A stretch of DNA of 64,000 bases, from the NCBI RefSeq assembly GCF_038025025.1, contig NW_027117338.1, positions 1,798,001 through 1,862,000 on the forward strand, in the 5' to 3' direction. Below are positions 63,455 to 64,000 of this stretch, piece after piece. This stretch comes from Phyllosticta citribraziliensis (Eukaryota). The notes under the pieces are model-generated. The model was given only the letters and a program-made list of their open reading frames with translations. It was not told the DNA's origin and did not search any database. Made by a program: the position numbers and the translations under genes. Each line of letters begins with the position of its first letter. Position 1 is the stretch's first letter.

Positions 63455-64000
63455 ATGAATCTCGTGCAGTATTCAGATTCCGAAGGCTCCGACACCGAAG
63501 CACCATCGACCGCTCATCCAGCGCCCAAGCCCGCCGTCAACTCGAAACCCGCCTTCCAAAAGGTCGTTGACCGATCAAAGCCAAACAAAATCCGCGTAAA
63601 CCTCCCCTCGACCGCCGGAACCGAGCAAAAAAACGGAGATGAACCTCCCGCGAAGAAGGCACGAACGGGTGGTGGAACCTTCAGCGGATTCAATTCATTT
63701 CTTCCGGCACCAAAGCGTGCAGGAGAGGCGGCGGCCAAGAAAGCTGCTGGGAGCGGGCTTGGGAAGGGCGTCAGCCTGAAAACCAGTGGTGCGGCAGCTT
63801 TCAGTAGGCAGGTTCAGGAGGAAGAGGGTCCCGCAGATGATCACGGGACAAACGGCGCGAATGAGGGACACCCATCGAAGACTGCCACCGAACCAGCAGA
63901 AGCAGAAAAGACAGAGGAAGAAGTGAAACTCGTTGGCAAGCCAATGATGTTCAAGCCTTTGTCTGTCGCGAACAACCAGAAGAAAAAGAAGAAGGCTACT
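63455..64000 (+). CDS. PRCC-like (MAD2B-interacting) proline-rich protein, 5' part; runs off the window
   Basis: MNLVQYSDSEGSD, AFQKVVDRSKPNKIRVNLP, FSGFNSFLPAPKR and MMFKPLSV; open to the end of the window. Confidence 0.7.
   Translation, partial: MNLVQYSDSEGSDTEAPSTAHPAPKPAVNSKPAFQKVVDRSKPNKIRVNLPSTAGTEQKNGDEPPAKKARTGGGTFSGFNSFLPAPKRAGEAAAKKAAGSGLGKGVSLKTSGAAAFSRQVQEEEGPADDHGTNGANEGHPSKTATEPAEAEKTEEEVKLVGKPMMFKPLSVANNQKKKKKAT

Overview
Eukaryotic, intron-containing DNA from a filamentous ascomycete (Pezizomycotina, probably a Dothideomycete; this is inferred from short GT-AG introns with CTRAC/CTAAC branch points and from gene content). I built about 22 spliced gene models by hand and checked every complete multi-exon model for frame. 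Most are housekeeping genes: THI6, GDT1, SFH5, a mitochondrial PPR protein, CON7, AAR2, RPS14, TYR1, ATG3, SIN1/AVO1, a PRCC-like and a TRF/Myb-like gene. CON7 sits in a large, microsatellite-rich gene-poor region. Three things stand out. (1) Between ATG3 and SIN1 lies a co-oriented accessory block: a caspase-like His-Cys protease, a small SH3/Tudor-like protein and a DUF6594-like membrane protein, next to a Cys-rich secreted beta/gamma-crystallin-like protein. It is a candidate protease-triggered cell-death or non-self-recognition module. (2) A snR13-type C/D snoRNA lies in an apparently nested intron-within-intron of TYR1. (3) There is a cryptic alternative last exon in SFH5 and a structured intron in CON7. 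I recognised no tRNA, rRNA, CRISPR array or transposon. All family assignments come from motif recognition by eye, not from database searches.
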